Positions 52,076 through 64,000 of a stretch of 64,000 nucleotides of DNA are shown here, piece after piece. The notes under the pieces are model-generated. The model was given only the letters and a program-made list of their open reading frames with translations, made no database searches and was not told the DNA's origin. Both the position numbers and the translations under genes were made by a program. The stretch's first letter is position 1. Every line of letters starts with the position of its first letter. Source of the DNA: Camelus dromedarius (lineage: Eukaryota). The DNA lies in NCBI RefSeq assembly GCF_036321535.1, contig NC_087437.1, positions 45,200,001 through 45,264,000 on the forward strand, in the 5' to 3' direction.

Positions 52076-52819
52076 GCCTAATTTTAGCTCAATCTAGAGA
52101 GCTATAGCTTACATACCATAACGTTCACCCTTTCATGTGTACATGGATGAGCTTTGACTAATGTTACCGGGACCACAGTTGAGATATAGAACATTTCTAT
52201 CACTCAAATCAATAGAGTAATAAAATAAATACTAATCACAACAAATAGACTTTCTTTTTCTAACTGAAAAATTTTCCTTTTTAACTAATGCTACCTAGTT
52301 TCTGCTAACATATGAAAACAACCCTCTTAAATATTACTCACAGCGAGATAAACTGGTACAAAATTCCTAGAGCAGACTTTGGAACTATGCATCAAAAACC
52401 TAAAACTTTTGTAGCTTTTATACAATTTTAAGTGACCAATATTTTTACACATGTAATTGTATAATATAACAGACCAAAATCAGAAACAATCATATCAACT
52501 GAATTGTCTTACATCCTCATGATGTAATATGATGCAGCCATTATAATAATAACACTATCTAATAACGTGAGAAAAAGTTCCAAATTATTTCCATGTAGGA
52601 AAAAATGTAAGTTTCAAACACTATATAAGTAGGATCCAATTGTGCAAAAATAGATGCACATAAGATTCTACCTACTCAATTATTACAGAGTTGGCCTGTA
52701 AGAGAGGATTAAGAAAGTTGCTTACAGAATGTGAATATCAACAGCATCCAAGTGTGCATCCAGATCCAGCTGGGTCAGGGTTCAAAGTAAAATGAAATTT
52801 CCCAATCCTAAAATGGATA

Positions 52820-53060
52820 ATGTACTGAAAATATAATCCTGGCTCTTCCACATCTAGCTTTGTGATTTGGTCAAGTTAATATCTTCTCTAAGCATTTGCT
52901 GCCTCATTTTTAAAATGTTATTTGAATACTACTAATAGAAGCAGTAGCAGTAATAATAGTACTGTTAGTAATGAAGGCAATACCTATCTCACAGGGCGAG
53001 GTTAAATAAAATAGAACAATTCATTGCACATTGCAGACACTCAATAAAAATTAGTTACTT
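52820..53060 (+). mobile_element. MIR SINE
   Basis: aatcctggctcttccacatctagctttgtgatttggtcaagtta...tacctatctcacagggc...cactcaataaaaattagtta. Confidence 0.75.
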
Positions 53061-53769
53061 TCCTGAAAAAGGATGAGATAAAGAATTTTTCACACAGTGT
53101 ACTTTTTCAGTTCACAATATTGATTGGCTCACAGGCTCTGAGTTAACTCATAATACTGAGTTACAGAATTCAGTATTAAATTTCATCTACAAGTGCCTGA
53201 AAATCAGCATTGCATGCAGAGGAGCCTACCACAATGTTAAATTTGTTTTACTATATGCATCTAGATGAGGAATTATTTGCCTATTTTAACAATAATGTAT
53301 ATGCTGTATTAGCTTCTCTAATATGAGGACAGTACAACACACAATATATACATCATTGAATCCTCAAAAAAAAAAAAAACGAAAGAATAAAATATTCTCA
53401 TTTTTCATACAAAAGACTAGAAATAAAAGCCAAAAAAAAAAAAAAAAAAAAGACTTATCTCTTATCTCTGAAAGCCAAGAAGCCATCACAGAATCCTATG
53501 ATAAAACTTGTTCTAGGCAGGGCAGTGGTGTCTGGTTCACTCATTTATTCATCAAATGTTTATTAAACATCTACACATCACATGCTACAGGCTCCAGAAA
53601 TACTGAAGACAATTTTGTAGATCATTTCTGTTTTCATGAAGCTTAAACCTTGTTCGGGGGGATGGGAGTGTTGGCAAGAGATACTCAAAAAGAAATAAGG
53701 TAAGGACATTTCAGATATTACAAGTACTTTAAGGACAATTAAAGGAAATTCAATTGAATCATTTCTGCA

Positions 53770-54222
53770 TGTCACGTGATAGGAGGTACTGTCTTTGTTT
53801 CACACCACCTTTTCTAGCAAACATTAGAAGATAGAGATTGTGTCTCTCTCCAGAGCTAGGGGCAGGTTTGTTCTGCATTCAGTATAATACAGACAATGCC
53901 ACCCTCAAGAGCAAAGATCCAGAAGGCTTGCTGTTCAGTATAAAGATGCGGGTTTGCGAAGCTCAAGGTTACTCTTCAGGAAGGTAAATGACCGCACGGT
54001 CAAGTGTCACCTGTATTTCATTTCATTGAGCCCTGGGTATTGTAACTCAGGGACTCAGTGCAAATGCTGATACTCTGGTAACTTTTATTACTGAGAGTAA
54101 GTAAATCCTTTAAGTCAAAGTCAAGAATCTCTTATCTTCCGCCAATATCTGTGAAACGGTGGCACAGTAATCTTGTGCAGTTGTGAGTAAGGGAAATCTC
54201 AGAGCCTTCACAGTTCTTGACA
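53770..54222 (+). mobile_element. ERVL solo LTR (MER73/MER74-like) inserted in an L2
   Basis: tgtctctctccagagctaggggcaggtttg...tgcaaatgctgatactctgg...aaatctcagagccttcacagttcttgaCA; L2 pieces on both sides (53535-53760, 54330-54440). Confidence 0.65.
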
Positions 54223-54899
54223 AGACCTGCTAGTAGGTGAACTGTGTGTACTGAAGGAAGAGGAATAAGGCAACTTTTAAAAACCGGCACGTGAAGGGGA
54301 GTCCAGAATAAGGAGAACTCATGAGAAAAGCAGTGTCCAGGTCTTGTATATCCTTGCAAGCCATGTCTGGAGGTTGGTTCTGTTTGTGTAATGAGAATCA
54401 ACCAGAGGATTTAAGCAAGAAAGTGACATAACCAGGTTTATATATTATATGTTTATTAAAGGTATAGATGAAAAAAGTTCTAGACTGTGAGTCAGATTTA
54501 GATTTATGTCTCAGTTCTCCCATATAGTTGTTGCATGATCTTGAGGAAACTGCAATTCTTGTGAGCTTCCATTTTCTCCAATATAAAAGAAAATCAGCTA
54601 ATTAAAACAAGGCTATACCACCTCACACCCCAAGAAAAGCCCAAGAAAGTCTGCTCATAAAATAAAAATTATAGTACATTCAAAATTATGCTATGGGGCG
54701 GGAGGAGGAGCCCCGGGAACACAGCGCCTACACGAGCACGTTGTCTTACTAACTGTCGTAGAGGCCTCCTGGGCTACCACCTCCATCACTGTCTGCCTTA
54801 AAACTCAGAATTTTCTCCTAGCTGAAGTAAAGAAGTCCACCTGCTTCACTGAAGCAAATGCCAGCAATCATAGGAAAAGATATTTCATTATTAGTACTT

Positions 54900-55400
54900 A
54901 GTAAAACGCTAATTTAACAAAAAAAAAATTTATAAGACAATACCAAGTGCAAACCAGAGATGTGCAGAAAAAGAATTCCTGTACATTGCTGGCAACAGTA
55001 TAGATTTTTAAAAGCACTTTGGAAAAGAATCTTGCATTATCTATTAAATATAAAAATTGCATACTTTAAAATACAGGTTTTTCACTCCTAGGTATGTTCC
55101 CTACAGAATCTCTTACATGTATTCATCCGAAAATGTGGACAAGAATGCTCATAATAGACTTACTTGCAAATAAATATTTTTAAAAAAGCAATATTTAGGA
55201 TAATGGTTATCTCTGAGAATAGAGGATGTGAGTCTGTAAGGTACACAATGGATCTCAAGGCTATCGGTAATTTTCTTTTTCTTGAGTAGCATGTGTGTAC
55301 AAAGATTTTTATTTTAGAAAATCACACATAACACATATATATTATATGTGTATGTTAAATATACATACGCAAAAATATATTTAATATATTTCACAAGTTC
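54900..55400 (+). mobile_element. L1ME-type 3' fragment
   Basis: gacaataccaagtg...tacattgctgg...cactttggaaaag...cactcctaggtat...acaagaatgctcata. Confidence 0.75.
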
Positions 55401-56801
55401 TAAAAACAGAATGATACATGTATATTTCATAGATTGCATGCTTATTTCAGAGAGGTCTCATTTGTTAGAAAATCATAATCTTTATATATCATAAATAACC
55501 TTTTAGGTAATGTTGATATAAATAATTTGATGAAACATATTTCTCACTTCGAGAGACAAAATTTAAATCCTGGTCTAGCTACTGACAGGCAGACACAGAG
55601 GGTAAAAGGAAGTCAGTCTACCCTAATGAAACCCACTTCTGCCTTTCTCTCCAAGAGCTCTAGATTCCAGTGCTTTGTGTGAGTAACTACAATTCAGATT
55701 AGACTTACTTACCAGTTGATAATTTAAAATTATTTTGTAAACACAGTAAGAGATGAGTTTCAACGATGAATGGCAGAGAGGAATACCAGACAATTTCCAG
55801 TTGCTCATAATGAAAGAAAGAGGTTAAAGGATGATGCCAAATAAGAATCAGACTTTGCCTCTAAATTTTAGAAGCCTGAGTCATCCAAAGTGATGACTTT
55901 ACCTGCTTTTCTTCCAGGAAACTAAACAAGACAATGAAGTCAATGGGGGAAAAAATTCATCAAATTAAATGTACACACAGCAAAGCAAAACCAAACAAAA
56001 ACTGAGACTGGCAGGAAAGAATAGGGAGACAAGTGTTAGACTAGCCGTGATGGAAGAGAGGGTCTTACTTAAATGAGAAAAGCCGTGAGAAAGAGTAAGA
56101 CTGAATGGAGAGGCCATTGAAGAGGTAAAGAAAGAGACGCAAAGGAAAACTTCATAAGAGGTACCCATATTTGGAAAGTAATGGAAACCATCACCTACTG
56201 ATAAACGCAAAGAAGATAGTTGTATCATAGTTTTTAAATCTCTTCAAACTTTCTTCAAAAAAAAAAAAAGAAGAAAAAGAAACCAGGATAGCAGAACAAG
56301 AAGCTGAAAATAAGATTTTCAATAAGACTAGGTGAATATGCAGCTCTGTGAATCCAAGAATGTGAGGATGTTGGGGCAAACCAGCAGCACAGTAGCCGTG
56401 TGCGAGAAAATGGAGACCAGAGAAGGGGATTCTAGCGGTCCTAAGAGCTGGGGAACACAGCCAGGACGTGCTCCCCACTGCGAATAAGATGGCCTCCCTC
56501 GGAGTAAAGAACTCAGCCAGTGGATCTGACAACAACACGCAAACCTGAGGTGAGTTCATGGGGTCTCTGGGAAGGACTGAGCATGAAGCTTGAGCTGGGA
56601 CTTGACAGCTACTAAAATACTCAGTGAAAAGACAGTGAGCCACACTGAGCTGAAACACCTGGAAATAAGACACAGATTCAGGAAAGAATGGAACAAATTC
56701 AGAGTAAAAAGAAGGAAAGGTTCTGATGTTAGTTGAGGAGAGAATGAGAGAAGGCAAGTATAAGAAACTCCGGAGATAAGACTGAGGGACCAGCTTTTCA
56801 A

Positions 56802-57180
56802 TACTTAGATGGCACAGCATGGACGCAGTATCTCCAGATGGGTTTAGCACGCTGGCTGCTTATTAAGGAGAGACTTCGGAATCGATACCTGTGCAAGGGG
56901 GCGGGGAAGGGAAGGATGTGAGAGTTAGCACTGAGAGCGGTCATGCGGCAAGGCCAGCACAACTACAGCCTTGACCAACCACACTGGGAGCTCTGGGGCC
57001 CGACAGCCCTTCAGAATTATTCTGAGGTGGGCAACGTGGTCCTCCATAGCTAAGCCAGTCCCTGAAGAGTGTGACAGCTGAAGGCTTCCTCGTGCCAGCA
57101 CCCCAGCGACTGCAGCAAAATATTTTCATGGTCGAGGATCTGAGCAGCACATCACACCCCAGAGAGGGAATCCTGGAGCT
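56802..57180 (-). mobile_element. LTR16-like ERVL LTR
   Basis: ttattaaggagagac...tacctgtg...actgggagctctggggccc...gcccttcagaatt matches the reverse complement of LTR16. Confidence 0.65.
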
Positions 57181-57702
57181 ATAACTAAGAATGCTTTTCT
57201 GGCTCAAACTTGTAAAAGTATGAGAAAACGCACCTTACTTAGACACGAAGAAGAAAAGGGCTGCATTTAAAGCCATACTAAGAAACTGTAGGAATACAAG
57301 AAAATGAGAAAAATACACCTACAGATAATGGAGACATACCAGAAAAATGTGCCACAGTGCAGAGAGAATAATATTTCTATGAGACGATAAACAGAGATTA
57401 TGGGAAAAATCTATGGTGGATTCTATGGTAGAATAAAATAAATCAGAACTGGAAAAAAGTGAGAAATGAGGAGAACATGAGAGTGAGCAAAAGAGTTCAG
57501 GAAATAATTAGGAAAAAATAATAATCAAAAAGGACTAAATTAGGAGAAACACGATAGTAAATACTACTGTTGAAATAGATGTGGACAATACAAAATGAAA
57601 AAATCAGACTTTAAAAGAAGATACAAAGGACTCAATACTAAAGAAATGATAGAATTAGAAAATCACTACTTTGCAGTATCTAACAAAAGAATGGAACTAG
57701 GT

Positions 57703-57980
57703 CAGGGGTTCTCAAAATGTGGTCTGACCACCCCTGGTAGTTTTAAGACCTTTTCAGTGGAGCCACGACTTCCTCTGCTTTCTAACTGCATATCTGCCTG
57801 AGGCCAGACTTTCTTCATACACTTTAACTAAAACAACATATTGCAACAGACTGATAGCAGAAACAGACACAAGACTTCAAAGAGTTTTATAAAAGTGGAA
57901 AATGATGCTACATTTTTCACTCCTTTTGTTTTGGAAAAGTACAATCATTTTTCCTAAAAATATGTTTTTATGTTAACATA
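57703..57980 (+). mobile_element. hAT-Charlie (Charlie1-like) fragment
   Basis: caggggttctcaaaatgtggtc end and tgaggccagactttcttcatacactttaactaaaacaacatattgcaacagactga. Confidence 0.65.
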
Positions 57981-57984
57981 CACA

Positions 57985-60050
57985 ACTAACAACATTGAAC
58001 AAACAAATTTATAGAGAATCATGGCACACAGCAAGTTAAGGACACACCTTCCTGTTAAGCAAGAAAGTGATGGTCACAAAATTTACAATATTTTCATCCA
58101 TTTAAAAAGAAAAACTCTACAATTTGCAAAGGATTGATAAAATATAGAATATTTTTTTGACAAAAATGCAATTTAACTGAGTAACTGTGACAAATGACAA
58201 CTAGATAAGCTCTGATATTTCCCAAATAATTATTTAAACCTTGAAGAAGATATAACAATAGAGATTAGAAAATGTTTTGAACTGAGTGATAATGAAAAAA
58301 TTTTATATAAAAACCTGAGGATATAGATGAAATAGTAAATAGAGGAAATTTTATAGACTTAAAGGCATTTTGTAGGAAATAAGGGAGGCTGCTTACTGTG
58401 AAGAACTAAGCATCTGCCTCAAGAACTAAGAACAGTAAAGTCAACTTCAAGAGGTAAAAGGAGAGATATAATAAAGAAAAAAATCTGAGAATGATAAATT
58501 GAAAAAAATCTAATAGAGATGATCAATACATTGAAATTTAGTTCTTTGAGAAGGCTAAAAACAAATACTAAACTTCTGGCAGAAATGAATTTTAAAAGGA
58601 GGGGAAGAGTAGTTGAAGGTATATTTAAATAGCCTATAAACTAAATGAAAAAGTAGGGTATAATTAGAGATCTTACTATCTAATAGGTATTGACAAGATA
58701 ATAAATTATTATGAAAAATTATAATTTTTAATATTTAGAAGAAATGAGTAACTTTTCAGAAAAACATCATATTTCAAAAGTATACAAGGAACAACTGGTA
58801 AAACCAGTCTACTGGCTTAAAGAAATTAAACTCATAATTTAAAACCTTCCTATAAAGAAAACTCCAGGTCCACATGGCCTCACTGGCAAATTCTACCAAA
58901 AAATTAGAGAAGTAATGCCAATTTTACATAAAAGTTAGGTATACTAGAAAATGATAGAATTTTCAAACTCAGTTAATGTGGCTAACACAACTTTGATATC
59001 AAAACTTGGCAAGGATACTACAAAAAAGAAAACCTACAACCCAGTTTCATTAATGAACGTAGATGTAAAAATTCTAAACAAAATATTAGTAAGCAAAATC
59101 CATAACAAACTTAACATTCTAGACAAAGATTAATTTGTCCCATGCAAGATTAGGTTAACATTAGAATATCAATTATTTTAGCTTGCCACTTCAATAGAAG
59201 AAGACAAATCATGTGATGGTGAGAAATACGATGGTGAGAAGTATTGTTTGATATTAGCAATCTAGGAAAAGATAGGAATTACCTTAATCTGATAAGGATA
59301 GCTCCCAAAAATTCACAGCAAATACCATACCCTGGTAAAATAGTGAAAATTTACTCTTTGAGACTGGGCATAAGACAATGATATTTGCTGCTTCCATTTC
59401 TATTCAATAGTTTCCTGGATGTCCTAATCAGTTCACTAAGCCAAGAAAAATGAATAATACATTTAAGAACTAGAAAGAAATAAAATCCTAACTTTTTACA
59501 GATGAGATGATTATGCATGTAGAAAATGCAAAGGAATCTACCTATAAACTATTAAAATGAAAGAATTAGCAAATTTACCTGATACAAAGATACTATATAA
59601 TCAATTCTTTCATTTTATAATATCAATGAAAAGAAAACATCTTTTAAATGATACCACTTACTGTAGCATAAAATATTAAATATCTTAGAATGAACCTAAC
59701 AAAAGGTATACATGACTCCTTAACAGAAAATCAGAAATTTTTATGGAAATAAAATTAAGAACACCTGAATATACTAGGCTTATGGTTTAGAAAAATTAAT
59801 ATTTTAAAGATACCAGTTTCTCCTAAATTGATCTAAAGAGTCTGCGATCCAAATCTAAAAACTCTGAGACTTTGTGTGTTTGTAGCTTATCAAGCCGATT
59901 CATAACATTTCTATGGTAAATACAAATAACCTAGAATAGGGAAGAGATTCCCAGAGAAGAACAAAATTAGATTTGTTCTATCAAATAATAGGATCACAGT
60001 AAAGCTATAGTAATTAACACAGTATCATATTGGTGCAAAAATGTACAAAT
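57985..60050 (+). mobile_element. Old degenerate L1 ORF2
   Basis: TLISKLGKDTTKKKTYNPVSLMNVDVKILNKIL (58951-59133) is the conserved pre-RT motif; actccaggtccacatggcctcactggcaaattctaccaa. Confidence 0.9.
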
Positions 60051-60607
60051 ATTTTAGTCAGAATTCCCAGGATCTGACTGACTCAAGGGTAGTTAATTGT
60101 GATCAAGATCATTGTAAAGTTGTGCTCTCTCCAGCAATAATGTAATAATAGCAGCAATAATAAAATGTCAAATGATACTAAATAATATATATGCACTATC
60201 TACTTTGATCTTTACAAAGTCTCTGTTAAAATTGTTTCCATTTTATTGTGGGGAAAGCATGAACAAGTTAATCAATATGTTCACAGACAGAATGGAAATG
60301 GTGGAGTCAAATGGGCACTAGATACTTGAGTGTAAACTGCACATTTATTTTGTGCTTCCTATGCCAGGCACTGTGGTATGAAGTACACATAATATACTTT
60401 ATGTATATTATATAATTTACTCATAATAACCCCATATAGCTTTTAGAGTACAAAATATTTTGACCTACTGTGATGAAGCAGAAATGTTATGTTTGTCTTC
60501 ATGTTCATAAATAGAAAAAAAAAATGAAGTGACAGTTATACTATTGATGACCTTTTATTGAGAAAAAGATTTTCAGAGTAAACAATGGTATATTAAATCA
60601 ATTATTA

Positions 60608-60685
60608 GGGAGTGGGTATAGCTCAGTGGTGGAGCGCATGCTTAGAATGCACAAGGTCCCAGTTCTTCCATTAAAATTTTAAATT
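60608..60685 (+). mobile_element. tRNA-derived SINE (camelid Vic-1-like), internally deleted
   Basis: gggagtgggtatagctcagtggtggagcgcatgcttagaatgcacaaggtcc has an A-box and a tRNA-Ala-like 5' half, lacks the GGTTC B-box, and ends in an AT-rich tail. Confidence 0.8.
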
Positions 60686-61195
60686 GTAAGTTTACTCTGG
60701 TTACTATTTCTCTCAAGTCTATTTTTTCTCAGGTAAAATTTTGCTGATCTAATTTTTTTAGGACAACTGAATTTTCTGATAAACTTTCATTACACTCTGC
60801 ATTTTAAATTCCTGTATTGTTTTGGGTTTATTTGTTCTATGAAATCTAATTTTACCCAGATAAATTTTTTCAGGTTTCTGTTAATACCAACAAGATGCAT
60901 TTTGTCATGTAGCTTTTCATCCATAATAAATTATAACTTGGACTCCGTCAACATGTTGAGTTAAAATAGTTAGATCAAAACTCCCTGCTTTATAACTTTT
61001 CATTTCAGTTTTTTTCAGATTGTGAAATTGATGCTTACATAGAAACTGCCATAGCATACATTTAAATACAGGTCTGTCTCTAACTAGGTTTAGGTTTTTT
61101 TTCCTGCATGCTAATGCCACTGACATTAATTACCAAAAATTTAAACCTGAAATTGAAAATAATTTTGTTTTGCCTTCCTCATAGATTATTGTTTG

Positions 61196-61227
61196 AATAA
61201 AATAAAATAAAATAAAATAAAATAAAA
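61196..61227. repeat. (AATAA)n microsatellite
   Basis: About 6 perfect aataa units. Confidence 0.95.
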
Positions 61228-61616
61228 CTTTTTGTAATTTATAAACAATATGCAAATATAGGTATTATCAATTTCATCATCATTATTATTATTAACATTT
61301 ATTCTATTTGAATTTGTTAGATTAAAACTATTCTTTTGCAGCTTAGTCAGCTTCCTTGGCCTGCCTTTAGATGGTTGAAGAAATTTCCCATTTTATATTT
61401 TCATCTCATTTTTTTTAGTATTCATCCATGATATGCCTTATGAAAGAGTTCCTTATGTTTATTTCAGATGCTACCCAGCAGTGTAAATTGTAGTTGTCAA
61501 CTCAAGAATCTTCCCGTTCCCTTTTATGATGTTTAAGACTTTTTTCATCTGAGAAGCCTTAATTTAAGTTTACATTTAGTCATGTGTGAGTTATAAACAC
61601 ATAGGGACAGTATGAC

Positions 61617-62561
61617 TGTGAGTAGGAAAAACTCAGCCTTCCTGTGTGTCCTTTACTCTCACACTACTTCCACACTCACAACTTCTCTGACACTAGACGT
61701 GTGAGGGTTTTTCCTACGCCAAGCAATTCTGGGTGATACCAGCTGGGTGTCTTCAACTGCAACTCAATCCTGACACTATCTCCAGGGAGACAGTGTCCGA
61801 TCTCACAGGTTAAGGGCTCCATCCCACAAGACTTCCCTCACTTCAGCAGCCAATCACAAGTAGTAGATCCCCAGCTGACCCGTAACTTCTGTCTGACTGG
61901 GCTACAATTCAGAGGTTTCTAGGACCTCCTCCCTTTTGAATTTGATTATTTGCTAGAACAGCTCATGGAACTTAGGGCAACACTTACTTACGTTTACCAG
62001 CTTATTATATAATGGTAGATATGATAAAGAATACAGATGAATAGCCAGATAAAGAGATACATAGGGCAAGTTCTGGGAGAGTTCTAAGTGCAGTAACTTC
62101 TGCCCCAGTGCAGTTAGGTGCATCACCCATGTGGTACATAGATGTGTTCACCAACCTGGAAGCTCTTCAAACCCCATACTATTGGTATTTGTATGAAGGC
62201 TTCATCAAGTAGACATGATTGATTATTAACTCCATTTTCAGCTCCTCTGCCCTCTCTAGTGAATGGGGGTTGGGGAGAGGGCTCAAAATTCTAGGCTTTT
62301 AATCATGGTGTGGTCTTTCTGGTGACCATCTTCCATCTAGAAGCCCACCCAGAGACACAGTAGAACAAAAGACACTGCTATCACCAAGGAAATTTTAAAG
62401 GGACTTAGGAACTCTATGTGAGAAACAGGGGTCAAAGACCAAACATTAGGACAGAAGTGATCCCTAGTCCTGTATCTCTTAGGAAATTACAAGGGTTTTA
62501 GAAGCTCTGTGCCAGGAACTGGGGGCAGAGACCAAAATATGTTCTTTTCTATTCTATCACA
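61617..62561 (-). mobile_element. MER21-family solo LTR
   Basis: TGTG...TCACA ends; cacaggttaagggctccatcccacaagact, atttgctagaacagctca, and gctctgtgccaggaactgggggcagagaccaaa. Confidence 0.85.
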
Positions 62562-62674
62562 CACCCACTAAATAATTTTTACAATTATCTTTATCCTGTT
62601 TTTCTTAAAGAGCATTTAATGTGATTTAAAAACAAAAGCCAGAGTTTAATCAAAACCGTGTAACCTAAAGTAGG

Positions 62675-64000
62675 TTTTCACTTCTGATCTGGTTAACAGG
62701 GACTAGATGTATCCTCATGCTATAAACGCTAGAAAATAGGACAAATACATGAAGCAAACGTTTCAGACACTGGACAACATTCAGCACAGGACCATAACCT
62801 CTGAGAGTTGGGGAAATATAATGATGGAGCCAATGGTTTCCCAAAGCTTTCCACCTGAAGTAACTGTCAGCAAGGTTGACCAGGCAGGGAATGGAATGCT
62901 AAAAGGAGGAAGGGTGTCCCTGAGTTAAGGAGCAAGAGATCAGAATTCAGGAGGCTGGCACTGCATGCAGTTTTAAACTGAAGCAAAGAGAAATTAAAAA
63001 AAAAAAAAACAACTTGAGAAAAAAATAAACTCAATGGAATAGTATCAAGTGGTCAAATATATGAGTATTTACATTTCCTGAAAGAGATGAGAAAAAATAC
63101 TTGGAAAAACAATGACTAAAAATTTTTTTAACGCTGATGAAAATCATGAACTAAGAATCTAATTAGAGCGTAAAATGACAAACAGGATAAACAAAAAGAA
63201 AACCAAATCAAACCAGATTATACTATAATCAAACTGCATAAAAAAAGAGTCACAAAAATACTGTAAAAGCATCCAGACCAAAAAAGCACATTATGCATAT
63301 AAGAACAAAGATAAGAATGATTCCAGGCTTCTCATCAGAAATTTTGCAAGCTGGAAAAAAGTCTATGCCCAGCAAAACTAGCTTTCACAAATGAAGGTGA
63401 ACTAAGACCTTTTCAGACAAACAGAAACAGAGCACTAATCACCGTCAGACCTCTATTACAAGATATGCTAAAACCTCTTCAGGCTGAAGGAAAATGCTAC
63501 CAGATGGCAACTTGGATTTGCACAAAGGAATGAAGACTTCCATACGTGGTAATTATGTGAGGAAATATACAATAGTTTTCTCACCCTTTTAAACATTTCT
63601 TTGAAAAATAACTAAATGTTTAAAACAAAATAATAACAATGTATTATAGAGTTTATAACATTTATAGAAGTGAAATACATAACATGAATAGCACGAAAGA
63701 TAAGAAGCATACCGTTGTTATTATACTGCATAATGTGCAACTGTACATAAAGGAGCATGGAAATTATCTGAATATAAACTTTAATAATTTAAAGTTTTTT
63801 ACACCATAGACTAGCCTTTAAAAGGTAAAACAAGGAAGCATAGCAATTAAGCCAATGATGAAAATAAAATAAAATATTAAAGAATAAGTAAATCAGAAGA
63901 TAGGAAAAAAAAGACAAAAAAGACAAAAAAGAAAGAAAAGAGGGGACAGATGGAAAATAACAAGACTGTAGATTTAAATTCAACCATATGGAAAATTACA
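62675..64000 (+). mobile_element. Old L1 (L1MD/ME-type) 5' region and ORF1 remnant, running off the window
   Basis: tttcagacactggacaac...ctgagttaaggagc...; ORF1-like aacaaagataagaatga..ttctcatcagaa..aatgaaggtgaactaagaccttttcagacaaacag..cttcaggctgaaggaaaatg. Confidence 0.8.

Noticed and set aside
56191..56850. Longest ORF in the track (219 aa, minus strand)
   Set aside because: Non-ATG start within an LTR16-like element, S/L/F-rich composition typical of the antisense of purine-rich DNA, runs through a poly-A tract, no recognisable domain
60608..60670. Functional tRNA gene
   Set aside because: No B-box/T-arm or acceptor stem closure; SINE-type tail

Overview
AT-rich mammalian genomic DNA, very probably camelid (alpaca/llama/camel). 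That call rests on a tRNA-derived SINE resembling the camelid Vic-1 family at ~60.6 kb and on L1 3' ends that match my recollection of camelid L1s. I recognise no host protein-coding exon, RNA gene, CRISPR array or prokaryote-like system. Nearly all listed ORFs are chance ORFs or L1 ORF1/ORF2 remnants. The window reads as a long intron or gene desert filled with L1, L2, MIR, ERVL/MaLR LTRs and hAT/Tigger DNA-transposon fossils. Family names are from memory of consensus sequences, not from a database search. The most interesting structures are four. (1) A CpG-rich L1 5' end whose interior is replaced by a diverged ~430 bp copy of sequence lying 2.6 kb upstream, with microhomology at the junctions. 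(2) A ~230 bp foldback element built from direct then inverted copies of a CATTTGGTCCTGTCCAAAA unit. (3) Several well-formed minus-strand splice-site pairs, plus a dense cluster of 5' splice motifs at ~16.1-16.4 kb, suggesting an unidentified minus-strand non-coding or UTR transcript. (4) A probable L1-mediated orphan transduction inside a MER58 element. I did not find convincing evidence of a new biological system.
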